64,000 nt of DNA from Eledone cirrhosa (GCA_964016885.1 OZ024742.1:315518001-315582000); one strand, 5' to 3'. Shown: positions 1-13,755, counted from the stretch's first letter. The notes: generated by a model not told the origin, from the letters alone. Numbers and translations are program-made.

Positions 1-12
1 TCAACAATTGAT

Positions 13-197
13 AAAGGCTAAACTATGCAAAATGGACAGTAAGATGAAGTCAACGAAAAAGTTAGCTACCTGGTAATTGTTTTTTTTTGTTTTATTTTTT
101 GTTTCATCCTAGGACAAAAGAAACAAAAAAAAATTACCAGGTAACTAACTTTTTCATTACCTTCATCTTACTGTCTATTTTACATTGTTTGGCCTTA
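13..197. repeat. Imperfect ~185-bp palindrome (foldback/MITE-like)
   Basis: About 13-78 (aaggctaaactatgcaaaatggacagtaagatgaag...ctggtaatt) is the reverse complement of about 132-196 with a few substitutions; centre tcctagga is flanked by T-rich and A-rich arms. Confidence 0.8.
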
Positions 198-904
198 TTA
201 CATATATCACTTTCCACGTTTGAATTTATCTAAAAACTTTCCACCATATTTTTTGTAAAATACCAGCTTAATAATGGAAAAGTTAGTTATATTACTAAAT
301 CCCTCCCTATTCGTCATTATTTTAAAAACAATTTGAAAATTTTAGCGAATATCTTTCAAGCAACACCGTATTATGAAAGCAGGGAAAGTTTCAGGTGGTT
401 TAGTATCAAAAGAGTTACATTTGTGATTGGAACATAACTTATAAGTTTTTCACCTGAAATTATGGTGGAATGTTAATTTAGATATGAACATTTTAAAACT
501 GTCATTTTTGTATCTTAAAACCAGAGGCAATCTTAGGTAGGTTTGTATCAAAAGGGCTATGTTCTGGAATAATCACACACACTTAAAAAATAAAATTCTT
601 AAAAGCTTAAAACAGCTTAATCTAAATGGTGTATGACATATACATGATTGTCTAATTTATTAAGTACATTACTGAAGAAATACATCCCTGAATTATTCTC
701 CTCTACTGGAACCTTCTAGGTGCAAACCCATGATCCGTCTTGACCAAAAGGGAACTTTTTCCTAATAATTTATTCTGTATCATTTTTATTTTTCAATGTC
801 CTCAATATTTTGTCAATTTACAGGATAGTAAGATTAACGTGAGAGCATCACACTAGAAAACCTTACAGTATCTAGTTTTGTCCTTATAAAGGTATATGTA
901 GCTG

Positions 905-1255
905 AAATGGGTACCTCTGAATGCTTTTGGAGTAACATTACTAAGTAGAGTGTGTAGCTCAGAGATCAGTGAGTCACTACTTCTCCAAATTGAGAGATCA
1001 CAGTTCCGATACCATGGACGTGTGATCATAATGTCTAAGAAAAGAATCGACATGAAACGAACTGACATGAAAGCCAGGGGTAGATCCCAAGAAAGATGGT
1101 GGGCTAGCATCCATGACTTCGGCTGGTCTTGCTTGGAGATCTGCCAGATCAACTGGAGACTGTTGCTTCTGAGAGGACCCGTTGGAAGGCATGCTTGAGG
1201 ACTGCCCTCACAACACTCACAGAAATAAGTGGGTGGCAAAGGAGGAGGAGGAGCA
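905..1255 (+). mobile_element. Degenerate 3' fragment of an RTE-like LINE
   Basis: Translation IERSQFRYHGRVIIMS...ARGRSQERW resembles the post-RT LINE motif (RLRWYGHVxRM...RGRPRKRW); ends in a (gag)n tail. Confidence 0.65.
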
Positions 1256-2676
1256 GAAAATCATGATGAATTTGGAGGGATTTAGTAATATAACTTTCTC
1301 ATTATCAAGCGGGTATTTGGAGCAAAACTTAACAAAGTTTTTTTTACATAAAATTATGATTAAAGGGTTTTAGATAAATATAATCACTTTAAAGTAAATG
1401 GTTTTGTATAATAGAAAAAGGGGTAATTTCAGGCAGTTTGATATCAAAAGGGTTAATTTTGTATCGTCATTATCATCATACGCATTTTACATGTTTTCCA
1501 TACTGGCATGGCTTAGACAGGTCATTACAGACTAAGTCAATACATAATTGGAGTTACTGTCCTCACAGAGAGATCAAGGAACCACATGTCACCCAGTTAT
1601 GTTACATTTTGACAAGGTTTCTATATATGGATGCCAGTCCTATCACCAGCCACTTTACAGAGTGTACTGGTGTGTATTTTATCATGGTACCAGTACTAGA
1701 AAGTCTGTCAAGTCTTCTTTATCCATTGTTAGAATGATTTTTATGGCCAAATATCCTTTCTAACACTAACCACTTTGCAGAGTTTACTGAGTGCATTTTC
1801 TTTATTGTATCACTACTAGGGAAGTTGTCATGTCCTTGAAGTGACTGAAGGGTCCTTTCAACCCTATGCTGTTACTATTCAATCCCTACCATGTTATTTT
1901 AGTTGTTTTTCTTTTTCTTTGTTTTGTTTTGTTTTTTGCATTTGTTACTGTTTAGGTGCCCAGCTAGTGGGCTCCCATTTGTTCACAATAGTGAGAGATA
2001 GGGAAAGCAAGAAAGACAGAGGCAGTGACAGTGGGAGTTTGATTCTTTTGTGTTTATATATATATATATATACACTTTTGTAGCGGTATCACATGTAATC
2101 AGTTTTGTCAGTGCAGTGCAATACTAGCTTCCGCTGATGCACTCAATATATTTCAGAGACATGGTATATACAATGAATATAAGTGTTGTGGTGCATAAGC
2201 CATCATATTGAACTAACATTAGTTGGGATGTATACAATGTGTATTATAGTTTAGATCTATGTGCTGCATTTTATTGATTGATTTTATTTTACTTTCTTTT
2301 AGTTTGTGTTTGTGTTTTGAATTTTTAATGTTATTGATGTTATTGTATTGTAGTCTTTCTCTTGTTCTCTTTCTCTTAATTTCGAGTACATTTTTGACTG
2401 GTCACCTTCCTGGTGGCAAGGTTGTAAAAGAAAAGAAATTGTCATCCCATGAATTGCAAGAATGTTTTGCAAATTTTAAAGGTGCCAGTACTGGGGTCAA
2501 TTCTTCCTCTATAGAAAAAAAATCGGCTGTGTCAGACCTGGAGAGGGTTGGGCTCTACTATGTTTAAAAGTGCCCTAGACACACCGTATAATGGTGTCTC
2601 TACGACTCTACAAAGAGTTATGGGATCTTTATCTTATATGTATATAAGTATGTATCATCATCATAACATCATCATC

Positions 2677-2707
<31 letters not shown>

Positions 2708-2981
2708 CCATTACTACCATCATCATCATCATTTTATATCCGTTGTTGGACAGGTCCTTCTCAGTACAGCATCTTTCCACTTGTCGAATTCCTTTGTCAT
2801 CTCCCCCATGCTTGTTTAGAATAGATACACTGTAATTATGTATATCGTAAGAGGCAACTAAAAGGATTACCATCAGATAAAGCATCTGGTTGTAAACACA
2901 TTGCTTCAAAAAGGCCCTAGGATCAATATTATGTGTCATGAGGCCCACATAGCTGTCCCATAGCAGGGAAAATAGTTTTAA

Positions 2982-3188
2982 TCCTTTAGTATTTACATTA
3001 CGCTACTACTATATTTTCGTGGTAAGCGCTTTATCTCACATAATATGGAATCTAGAAGATTTTAATGATGTTATTATTTATTTTGAAAACAATGTTTAAT
3101 GTCAGTATGAGTGGCCGGTCATTGCCGGTTTGAACAGAAAGAGGTGAGAGAATTCTGGCCAGATATGGCCAGTTTAAATGCTAAAGGG
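2982..3188 (-). mobile_element. piggyBac-type MITE, family A
   Basis: TTAA on both sides, termini (t/c)cctttag...ctaaaggg, body homologous to the copies at 5311, 12249, 22810, 34488, 37683, 38094 and 40437. Confidence 0.8.
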
Positions 3189-3682
3189 TTAAAATGTTTG
3201 TTTGATAGCTGTTATTGTAGTCTTAGGCCAAATTGTTGTTGTTTTTATTTTACTGATTGTTTCGGCTTATTGTTGAGAATTTTGTAAATCCAACTGATGT
3301 TGTTTTGAGGTTTTCTTAGTTTTGTTGCTTTTCACTACGGTTGTTGTTATGTTTCATTGTTGATCTTGTTCCGCCTGTATCTGGTTTAGAATAAGTACAC
3401 TGTATCTCTCATAAGATATGACTAAAAAAGTTGGCACCAGGAAGGGCATCCAGATGTAAAATATTGCCACAAGAAGGACAACATAATGAGTATGATGAAG
3501 CCTGTTATGAGGCTCACAAAACTGCCCTTTGTTTTGAGGGAGAAAATGGCAGTAAAACATATTTTCTTGTTGTTTGCATGGGTCCTTTACAGCACATCTC
3601 TCCACACATATATATATGCGTGTGTGTGTCTGTATGAATATGTGTAAGTGTATATATAGACGTGTGTCTACATGTGAGAACA

Positions 3683-3772
3683 CATATCTGAGGAGCTCCC
3701 AATTCCAGAGTCAGGAACGAACATTATTCGATCGTTCCTCGACCTGATCGGCTGTGAAACATATGTAATTAC
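3683..3772 (+). ncRNA. Degenerate hammerhead-ribozyme-like motif
   Basis: CTGAGGA, long hairpin (aggaacga/tcgttcct), GAAA, palindromic ACATATGT stem III and a UA site; stem I pairs poorly. Confidence 0.35.
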
Positions 3773-4162
3773 ATATGTATATGATGCAATACTGATTCTT
3801 TGTTCCCATTTATTATTATTGATATTCTGAGAGAGAGAGAGAGAGATGATAGGCTTCAGCAGTTTTCATCTTAAGGTATTATTCAACCCAAGTTTATAGT
3901 AGAAGACCCTTGCCTAGGAAACCATGCAGTATGAGTGAATCCAAAGCTAAGTAAACTCCTTAACCAAACAGCCGTGTCTGTGCCTATAGATTCCTATTCA
4001 TAGTTTTTTTTTTAATTTTGTTATAGTTATAAGGTATTTGATTAATTTTCTAACTTTATTGAAGGTTATATAGTTCTATTGAGGACTCCTTGTTAATCAT
4101 TTTGAAAATAAATCAAGAATTTCAAGTAATCTAGTAATATAGCTAATGTTCTGATTATTAAG

Positions 4163-4362
4163 CTGGTGGAGAGTTATGGACTGGCAGCATCATTAGAGTA
4201 ATGGATGAAATGCTTTGAGGCATTTCTTCTGGCTCTTTAGTTCCTGAGTTCGAATCCCACCAAGGTCAACTTTGCCTGTCATCCTCCAGGGGTCGATAAA
4301 ATAAAGTAGCAGTCAAGTACTGGGGTTGATATAATCAAAATTTGTGCCTAAATTAGAAATCA
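4163..4362 (+). mobile_element. tRNA-related SINE group B, diverged copy
   Basis: B-box-like gagttcgaatccc followed by gtcaactttgcctgtcatcc...ggtcgataaaataaagt, shared with the 7133, 45583 and 51337 copies. Confidence 0.75.
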
Positions 4363-4537
4363 TGTTCCAAACTTTTAAAACTTTATGTCAACTGATCCAA
4401 AACAGCTGAGGTTCTAGAGTTAGGAGAGCTAAGAACAACAAGTATTTTAAGGTCAAGCAAAGTTCACCATTTTGCCATATCCTCTATATCCTCCCCCACC
4501 AAGCTCTATTATTTATTTCCTCTGTCATCATTTTTAG

Positions 4538-4725
4538 TTATGCCTTCCTTAGATTTATCTTGCATCTACTTCCTTCCACATTTATTTCCATTGCTTGTCT
4601 CACCCAATCATTTTCATTCTTCCTCAACACATGGCCTAGCCAGCTCATTCCATTTCTCTTTGCAACATTCATCACTAGTTCTTTTCCCATAATTCTTTGC
4701 AACTCAGAGCTAAATGGACAGTAAA
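4538..4725 (-). mobile_element. Old RTE LINE C-terminal fragment
   Basis: Minus-strand translation MSWLGHVLRKNENDWVRQAMEINVEGSR matches the C-terminal motif of the RTE ORFs in this window. Confidence 0.75.
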
Positions 4726-5310
4726 ATTTAATTATATGTAATGGCACTAGGTTTAAACTAAAAATAATACACTTAAACTGGCAGAAAGCCAGTATTGTTT
4801 TATTGACAAGTCACTTGATAGTTGGTTCAGTACAGTTTGAAACCATGCCAAGGTCAATGGAAGTTTCCAGACCTGCAGAGTCAACAATTACAATAATAAT
4901 AATTCAGGGTAAATACTAAAGTTTTAAACCATATCGTTTGTGGGTGAAGTATTTTAGCAGATAGTTTCAGGTCACAGAGTATGCTCAATTAGGACAGGAG
5001 CCAACTGTCAGATCGGATCGGGGAAAAAATGTCGCCGTTGGTCTTTTTAATGCTGATTCTATCGGTTGATAACAACTTCTGGAAGAATATCAAAGAAAAT
5101 ATGTTTCTATTGGCCTTTCTTTCTATTGCTGATTCTATCTGTCAGTTGCAAATCCTGGTATAAGATCAAGGAAACTGTTTCCATTGGTCTTTCTATTGCT
5201 GAATCTATCAGTCGGTTGCAATTCCCGGTAGAGGTGTCACTGCTCTTCCAATAAACTCAGAATGCACAGAGTTGGAACAGATCACACAAAGCTTCTCATC
5301 TGACTCTTAA

Positions 5311-5531
5311 CCCTTTAGCATTTAAACCAGCCATATCCGGCCAGAATTCTCTCACCTCTTTCTGTTGAAACTGTCTGTAACTGTCCATTCAGGTATTGTT
5401 CTCAAAATAAATAACATCAAAATCTTGTAGATTTAATATTATGTGAGATAATTATGTAGATAGATTATAATAATAAAGCCTTTACCACAAAAATGCAATA
5501 GTATATAAAGAGTAATGTAAATGCTAAAGGG
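5311..5531 (+). mobile_element. piggyBac-type MITE, family A
   Basis: ttaa|ccctttagcattt ... aaatgctaaaggg|taaa; 13-14 bp TIR. Confidence 0.85.
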
Positions 5532-6018
5532 TAAAACAATTATGCCAATCCACCATTCCTAGACCGGTACTTTATTTATCGACCCTGAAAGGATGGAAGG
5601 CAAAGGTGACTCCTGTAAGAATTAAACTCGGATTACAGAAAACCCAGAATGAATACTGAGGCATTTAATCCAATGCTCTAACATGTCTGCTACTTTGCCA
5701 CCTCAATTAGTGTTGAATAAAAGTCAAATCTGGTTTCCGCACAAAATTGTTGAGCTATACAGGAAATGTCTAAACACATTATGATAGCAAATGTTGTTAT
5801 GACATGTAATTCTATTCTACTCTTAGCTCTAACCATAATCTAGTGCAGGTCATACAGGTTATAGAATAAGTTACTCTCACTAAAAAGTGCTATAACATTG
5901 ACACACATACACACACACCATGTGTGCTTGTGCATGTATGTATGTGTATATATATTATATTTATAAAGGGAAAGCAGATGTTTTATATATATATGTATGT
6001 GTGTGTGTATATTATACA

Positions 6019-6118
6019 CAGGGTGTCCCAAAAAATGTATATACACTGGTTGTACATTCTAATAAATATTGCCTGTACAGGTAATCAAAATGTGTATACA
6101 TTTTGGGGGGACACCCTG
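6019..6118. mobile_element. Tc1/mariner-type MITE (~100 bp)
   Basis: TIR cagggtgtccc(a/c)..aaaatgtata; right end abuts TA; related copies at 24753, 50881 and 57427. Confidence 0.8.
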
Positions 6119-6121
6119 TAT

Positions 6122-6459
6122 ATCATCATCATCATCATTTTACGTCCGCTTTTCCCTGCTTGCAAGGGTGGGACGGGAACTGATTCTGGCTTGATTTCTA
6201 CAGCTGGATGCCCTTCCTAACACCAACCTCATTTACAGTGAGTGCTGGGTGCTTTTTTGCCATGACACCTCCACAACCACTTTACAGTGGAATGATAGGG
6301 ATCCCAGTCCTATCATCTCATTTCTACAGCTGAGTAAACTCGAGCAATGTGAAATAAAGTGTCTTGCTCAAGGAAACAACACATCACCCGGTCTGAGAAT
6401 TGAACTCACAACCTTTCGATTGCAAGGCCAATGCTCTAACCACTAAGCCATGTGCCTCC
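6122..6459 (-). mobile_element. tRNA-derived CORE-like SINE with RTE-derived 3' tail (group A), full length
   Basis: On the minus strand: A box tggcttagtgg, B box gtgagttcaattc, CORE-like ccttgagcaagacacttt...ctcagctgtagaaatg, then a tail matching the LINE 3'UTR at 27190-27260 and a (gat)n end. Confidence 0.85.
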
Positions 6460-7132
6460 ATGCACACATATACATACATATACACACACATATACATATA
6501 TGGGATTCCGTACACACATCCAGAACTTAATTGGTCAAATTCATGCTACTTGCTTTTTTTAGTTATATTCTCTTATTAGAATTGATTTTTGTTTGTATAT
6601 GTTAGTGCATTTTTACTTTCTGATCAGAGGCAAGAAAGAACAATGCTATGTTGATATGGTAATGCCTCCAAACAAGGATCAGACTGTCCTTTCGTTTAAA
6701 TCAACAATAAATTAATTCTTGATTCACTGAAATTATCTCCCTTTCTCCTTCAGAGTTATGAGCAACAGATGCAAGGTTTTGTTCTCTTTATGTCTGATAG
6801 AATAATTTTAATGAATTAAGAATTTATCGTGTATGGTATTTCATACATATGCCCATTACACCCAGTTGATAATTAGGAAAAGCATCCAATTGTAGAATGG
6901 CAAAAATGGTTGAGAAGTTTATTCAGTTGAGTCAAAGACATGATGACCTCTCTAGTGCTGTTGCCATGATGACATGCACAATGCCTCGGTAAAGTGTGAG
7001 TGTATGCAACCAAGATGTGGCCTACCGCCCATTTGAGAGGTCAGTGACTGTGATGACCTGTCCAAACCTTAATAGTAAGTAAAATAGACATTTTATATTA
7101 TATCATATTATATTATACATTGGCAGTATCGG

Positions 7133-7322
7133 AACAGTGGATTGGCAGTATCGGTAGAGGGTCGGACGCCATGCTTTGTAGCATAGAGTTACGCCCCTTT
7201 ATGGTCTGAGTTCAAATCCCACCGAGGTTAACTTTGCCTTTCATCCTTACGGGATCGATAAAATAAAGTACCAGTAATACACTGGGATAATTGCTGGCCT
7301 TGTACCAAAAGTAGAAACAATT
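7133..7322 (+). mobile_element. tRNA-related SINE group B
   Basis: Near-identical to 51337-51521; B-box-like gagttcaaatccc; central gcctttcatccttacgg.gtcgataaaataaagtacc. Confidence 0.85.
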
Positions 7323-7758
7323 ATATTATACATATATTAAACTGAACCCCAATAAAACCAATCCATGTAGAACACTGATTAAGAATAGTCATCATTTTTC
7401 AATCTGTAGGAAAATACATAAATTTGACATGTATATATGCTTATATACTCAATGTGTATATTACTATAGACATTCACACAGACACACACACACACACATG
7501 CAAATGCTCATGCTCACTGATGTATGTACAAGCACCTATAGTTGTGCACACTATATAGTCAGGAAGCAAGAAAGTTAGTTGGATCAACTCAATTTCATGT
7601 AATTCTGGCATTTATTTTATGGACTTTAATGGAGTGGAATATGTTGGACACTAAAGCTGCAAATAATTATTTACAGAGCTATAATCTCCAATAGAACTGA
7701 GCTAATGGTGTTGGGATATTTATGCATTTCTCATATTTAAGATATGTTTTCTTCTACA

Positions 7759-7934
7759 CAGTACCAGGTTTAGGACAAATGAGGCCCTGTGCTAGTTAAG
7801 TTATGAGGCCTTTTACTTTTCAAAAAACATTTGAAAAATTCATTGAAAAATTTTTTTTTCGGCAGGGAGATGACCCCCCACCTACAGGGCCCTGTGCTTA
7901 AGCACACCTAAGCACAATGGTAAATCCGGCACAA
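7759..7934. mobile_element. hAT-like MITE
   Basis: Termini cagtaccaggttta / taaatccggcacaa form an imperfect TIR; flanking 8-mers cttctaca / tttctaca are a near-perfect 8-bp TSD. Confidence 0.55.
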
Positions 7935-8606
7935 TTTCTACAGCTGAAAATTGAAACTTGATTAGAAAATCAATTCAGAGGAAGCTGAACTTCTCTTTTT
8001 TTTACCACAATCATCATCATTAACAATAAATAATTAATAACAATGATCAAATAAAATATTCCTGAAATTAATAACAGCTTGATTGGTAATCTGGTTGGTT
8101 GATTGGTTACCTGGTAATATGATAATAACTAAAAATATAACCAAAGTCAGCAACATAAGAGCGACATGACTTCAAAACAAATGTTTATGCCAATGAATAA
8201 AACAAAAAGCAGACGAGGCAAGAATTTGGCAATTCCATAAAGCGAATGTTAGTAAGAACTCAATTGCAAAGGAGAGATATGTGCTAAAAAAAATGAATAA
8301 TTAAAAAGATAGAAGAAATAATTGACTTTGTTAGCTAAATACAGTGGCCAATGTTTTTGTTAGGGTTAGTAAGTTAGATAAAGCAAGAGATAGATAGACA
8401 AGGTGAAGAAAAGAAACAGACATTGACAGAAGAATGAATATAGAAGGCAAAGACTGAAAGAAATCAAGAATAATAGAATGAGAAACAAACTAGCAGTGAA
8501 TGATTAAAGAATCCACAAAGAGGACTTATGGAAGTAAAAGAACAATTAGGCAGTAGATTGAATACAAAAGGAAGATGAGAAAGAATCGCAAAAAAATGAA
8601 TAATGT

Positions 8607-8644
<38 letters not shown>

Positions 8645-9811
8645 CATGAGAGGAAAAGTAAAAAAAAAAGATGTAAGCAATGAGTATTTGTGAGAAAGAG
8701 GAGCATAGAAAATATAGATATGAGAGACCGCGGACTTAATTGGCAGAGGTGGTTAAACATTGAGGCAAGAAAGAGAGATTGTTGAGAGACAGTTGAATAA
8801 AATGGCAATGAAACAATGGCCATCATAATTACATCGTTTAATGCACTGTCACAAGTTAACCAGGTCACACCTGAACGATTGGTTCCCTCCACTGCCGACC
8901 GAGGGTCACTATATTTTTCGGTACCCCTCTGAAATGGAACAAAGTATGGAGAGAGACAAATGAAAAAAAAATATTTACAAACGAATGATTTTTTTTTTTT
9001 TAATAAATGATTGAATAAGTAAATTTTATGTTAAAAAAATACACACAAAAAAAATAATGATTTATTTTATTTGTCACAAGGATGCAAATTAAGCAAACAT
9101 TAGACACAAATTTAATAAAGTGTCGAGAATTAAATTTGCAGATGAGGGGGTATATAGTCAACTAAATCAACAAGCACTTTAAGGCCATTTTCCCTGCTAA
9201 AATAGGGGTTAACCTTGCAGGTCTCATGAAAGGTTTCTCCATTTTACCCTATCGGTTTCATCTCCCCCTCACCAATACCTTATCTTTTATTTACTCTTTC
9301 ATCATTTTCAGCCATGTTTTTCTTGATCTTACTCTTCCTCCACATTCATTTCGATCACTCATCATACCTAGACATTTTCATTCTTCCTCAACACATGACC
9401 CAACCATCTCATTCTATTTCTCACCTAAATCAGCTTTAATATATCATTGGCTCTTATTTTATCAATCTCAAAGGGTTAATGGACAAAGTTGACTCCAGTT
9501 GGATTCATCAAAATTCCTACAGGCAACTCTAATTCAAACGAATACTTTCAAAAATTTTGGAAGTAATTTTAACAACATAAAAAAAGAAAAAAGCCACAAA
9601 ACTCAACAACAAATCTATATATGAACCAAGGGAACATTTACATGGTTATTCAGCCTGCAAGAAATAGCAGCCAAAACTACCTCCATTTCAGTTTGTAATC
9701 TTAAACCTTTCATTACTATATTATAAATATAAACATTTAAACCTTTCATTTTTTTTTAAATCATCAACAATTTAGTCATTTAAGAATTTAGTATATAAGT
9801 AACTTTCTGAT

Positions 9812-9889
<78 letters not shown>

Positions 9890-9894
9890 AAAGA

Positions 9895-10125
9895 ATTTGA
9901 AAATGCAGTTGGAGTCTTTAAGAAGATTTATTTACAATAAACTTTATTAGTTCCCCAGGTTTATAATTTTCAAAAGTTAAGCATGTGGGAGAGATGTGTG
10001 ATTATGGAAGACACATCATGGTTTAGCCACACATCTCTCCATCTAAATTAACTTTTAATCCTTGAAACTGGTAATGTTATAATAATTGAATCTTCTTAAA
10101 GTCTCCAATTGCATTTTCAACTTCT
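9895..10125. repeat. Imperfect ~230-bp inverted repeat
   Basis: gaaaatgcagttggagtctttaagaagatt pairs with aatcttcttaaagtctccaattgcattttc; inner ggagagatgtgtg pairs with cacacatctctcc. Confidence 0.75.
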
Positions 10126-10719
10126 TTTTCGTATATTTTTACCCACGTGGGATGTATAGAAAAAAAATTATTTTCTGATATATATATTGAAAGGATCAAC
10201 TAAAATTATTAAGATAAAGGTTCTTAAATCAAATTATGTTGAAAGATTTTAATTTAAGTAGAAACACTTTAAAATTTATATATATGTGGCAAATCAATGG
10301 AAAATGATGATGCTGATATTTGTGTGTGTGTATATATATATACACACAGACACATAGACACACATATATATTGACAAAGCAAGAAGGAGAAAGAGAGAAA
10401 TAGACAAAGATAGGTAGTAGAGAGATGTGTGTATGTGCCGAGATGTATGTATTTGTGAGGATGTATGTATGTGCCAGTGTGTATTAAAAAACTATGATTC
10501 TATTTTGTATCTCTGAATGCAGTAAAGTAAAATGGAGATCAGGACTGACTGATGACATGAAGGTTTGCAATAGTCCATCCATTCATATTATCAAACCAAT
10601 TTTCCATCAATTGCTTTGCCAAATATGTTGATATGTTGAGCAAATATCATGTGATGTTGCCTGAATTTATCTCCTATGTAAACTTTATTGATAATCTTGC
10701 GAAAATACACACACCCACG

Positions 10720-10799
<80 letters not shown>

Positions 10800-10802
10800 A
10801 AC

Positions 10803-11150
10803 ACATCATCATCATCCTTTTTATGTCTATTTTTTCATGCTGGCATAGCTTGGGTAATTCTCAGCACAGCATATCTCTACTCATCACATTTCTTTGTCTG
10901 TGAGTCCCAGCGATTTGAGGTCAGCTCTCACAACCACTGCCCAGGTTTTTCTTAGTCTACATCTACTGCGGCATTCTTCCACTTGGATTTCCTGGCACTT
11001 CTTCACCAAGCAATCATTGTGCATCACATGTCCATACCAATGTAGTCTTTTTCTCCTGCACACTACCTTGGATTCCTCTTAAACCCAGCTTCTCCATCAA
11101 CTCGTCGAATCTCTGCTATTCTCTCACACATATATTGCACATCTTGAAAT
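10803..11150 (-). mobile_element. Old RTE LINE 3' fragment
   Basis: (cat)n tail at the left end; minus strand carries remnants of VQEKRLHWYGHVM and GRPRKTWAVVVRADL. Confidence 0.7.
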
Positions 11151-11263
11151 TGCAATGAAAGTCTCTTCTGATACAACATGAATGGACCTGTTATTTTTAT
11201 CTAAAGACATTTTTTCCAATTCCAACCCACCCGTCCCCTCAATCTATTTTATTTTTCATTCTT

Positions 11264-11299
11264 TCTTCTGATGAAGGACTAGTGTCCGAAACGTTAAGA
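11264..11299 (+). ncRNA. Minimal type I hammerhead ribozyme motif (Penelope-like pLTR type)
   Basis: tctt-CTGATGA-a-GGAC tagt GTCC-GAAAC-GTT-aaga: intact core, 4-bp stem I, 4-bp stem II, palindromic AACGTT stem III. Confidence 0.65.
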
Positions 11300-11383
11300 C
11301 CCTCTTCCTGCTATATCAAGCGTTAACCTAATATATACCTTCCATATACTGTACCGATTGTGTTGTTATTTCTGTTTGCCTTT

Positions 11384-11437
<54 letters not shown>

Positions 11438-12248
11438 TGGTAGTAGTAGTGACAGTGGTGGTGGTGGCAGGGTTAGAACACAGTCATAGAGTGACAGTGG
11501 GAGTAAAGAATTGGAACAGAGTTGCAGATGTTAGGTTGGTGGAGACCAAACCTTTGCAATTCACACACACACACACACACACCAGGCTTATTTGATGAAT
11601 GAGAAGAAAATTGTTAAGATTTCTCTTACACACACTCATATATTCACACATAACATACACACACACAAAACAGACTTATATAATGAATGAGAACACAATT
11701 GTTAAGATTTCTCTCTTACACACACACAGAATACCTACAGCACATACCATAACTCAACAGGAATCAATACTGTCATTTGGTCTGCTACAAATAGCAGCTA
11801 AATCTCACTCAAATCACATTCTATTGTGTGGTCCTAAACACATAGTCTGACAAATATAAGGCATAGTAGTGATGTCAAGATTGCTTTTTGATTGTGGTCC
11901 TGCTTGATCAAATATGACCTAGGGTTGAACAACAACACCATATATAATGACTAAACTCATTAATCTCTCATTAATCTTACATCTCTAATTAGGTACCGTT
12001 TTCTTTAGAAAGACGCCTACGCACCAATCTAGAAAGAATCTTAGTAGAAGTAAACATTTCTATATGTGATGGCCTATTAACCCTTTTGATGTCAAAGCTG
12101 CTCATCCATCTTGTAAGGTTCTGTAATCCAAAACCTATCATATTTTTATGTCAGAATGTTTTATTAAGTTCTAAAAAAGGGCTTAATATTAATAATGTAA
12201 AAGTGTGAACTATTTTATTAAAATCCTCCAAATTCTAGATTAATTTAA

Positions 12249-12453
12249 CCATTCAGCATTTAAACTGGCCATATCCAGCCAGAATTCACTCTCTTTCTGT
12301 TCAAACCTGCTGTAACCAGCCCCTCATACTGATGTTAAGGTATTGTTCTCAAAATAAATAATATCAAAATCTCATAGATTCAATATTATGTGAGGTAAAG
12401 CCTTTACATTGAAAATATAATAGTAAATATAGAGTAATGTAAATGCTAAAGGT
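12249..12453 (+). mobile_element. piggyBac-type MITE, family A
   Basis: Follows TTAA; body homologous to 5311-5531. Confidence 0.75.
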
Positions 12454-12579
12454 TTATATATTAATTGAAAAACATAGGATTGAATATTGTTGACATTAAC
12501 CTTAACTTGCTTAAAATATGTTTAATTATTCAGCTAAAAATAATTATTATTTCTAAAACTGGTAAGTTTTAGAGAAGGG

Positions 12580-12940
12580 AAATTCAGCATGACACAGGAT
12601 TTGACAACCTGGTCCTTTGAATTGCAGGTACAACTCACTCACTTTTGGCAGCTGAGTGGACTGGAACAATGAGAAATAAAGCTTCTTGCTGAAGAACACA
12701 ACACATCACCAGTAATAAAACTGATAACCTTTCAATCATGAGTCGAATACCCTAACCCATGCTTCCCCAATCTTTTTCAGATGTGGAACCCTTTTTTGTT
12801 CAGAAACCTTTGGGGAAACCTCAAAGTCTAATACTGTTATATAGTCGTAATATAAATATACTCAGCTACCTTTTGTCACGGAATCCCAGACACGGAACCA
12901 GCTTTGGGAACCACTGCCCTAACCACTAAGCCAAATGCTT
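12580..12940 (-). mobile_element. CORE-like tRNA SINE interrupted by a hAT MITE
   Basis: CORE-like gctgagtggactggaacaatg...cttgctgaagaacacaacac; A-box complement ccctaaccactaagcca at 12917-12933. Confidence 0.7.
12758..12916. mobile_element. hAT (Buster/Charlie-type) MITE
   Basis: Perfect 8-bp TSD ccctaacc at 12750-12757 and 12917-12924 (nnnTAnnn); right TIR tttgggaaccactg. Confidence 0.8.
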
Positions 12941-13755
12941 TCATCATCATTTAAAGTTTATATTCCCTGCCAACAAGCCTTTAATGGGACATCACAAACC
13001 AGCCCAGCACTGAAGCAGAGGTACTGACCTCTCAGCAATATGTTGGAATTCTATCACTGACTCTGTTATTAGTACAGATATGTTATCTTCAGGTACCAGA
13101 GGTCCCTCAAAGGCATGGTTGCAGTCCAATGATTGAAACCAGTCAAAGAATAAAAGAGTAATTGTGTTGAGTTTGATTACCACAAATATACATTTGTACG
13201 TAACATAAATCAGCATGGGAATGTAACAGTAATATTGATTTCTAGAGAAAGGGACCTCAAATATAGGGGATGTATATCACCAAGTAAACTGAACCCAGTT
13301 CATTTTATTTCATTAAAATCAGAAGGATGAAAGGGAACATCAAACTAAATTGGATTCATAAATGTATAGGATCCTATATATATATATTTAAGTGCATTGT
13401 ATGTATTTTAAAACCCTTTCGTTACTATATTTCTTATGAAAGACCCTGTCTGTGATTTTCAAATCATTTTGGAATTTGGAAGAATAAGGAATTTGGAGAG
13501 GTTTAGTAATATAATTGGAAATATATATATATTTAAAAAAAAGGAAAATAAGGACTTCACTTGTAGTTCTAAACAATTTGATTTAATTTTAAAATATTAC
13601 CTACTAAATCGTAATATTATAAAATTAAATCAAATTGTTTAGAAATTCAAGTGAAGTCATTCTTACCTTTTTTGAAATATACCTAACTGTACCAAGGATT
13701 TCACACATTTTCCAATATATATATACATATATATTATATATATATGTGTGTGTGT

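Noticed and set aside
8216-8237. aggcaagaatttggca resembles mature miR-31/miR-72
   Set aside because: It mismatches after the seed and has no complementary arm to form a precursor hairpin.
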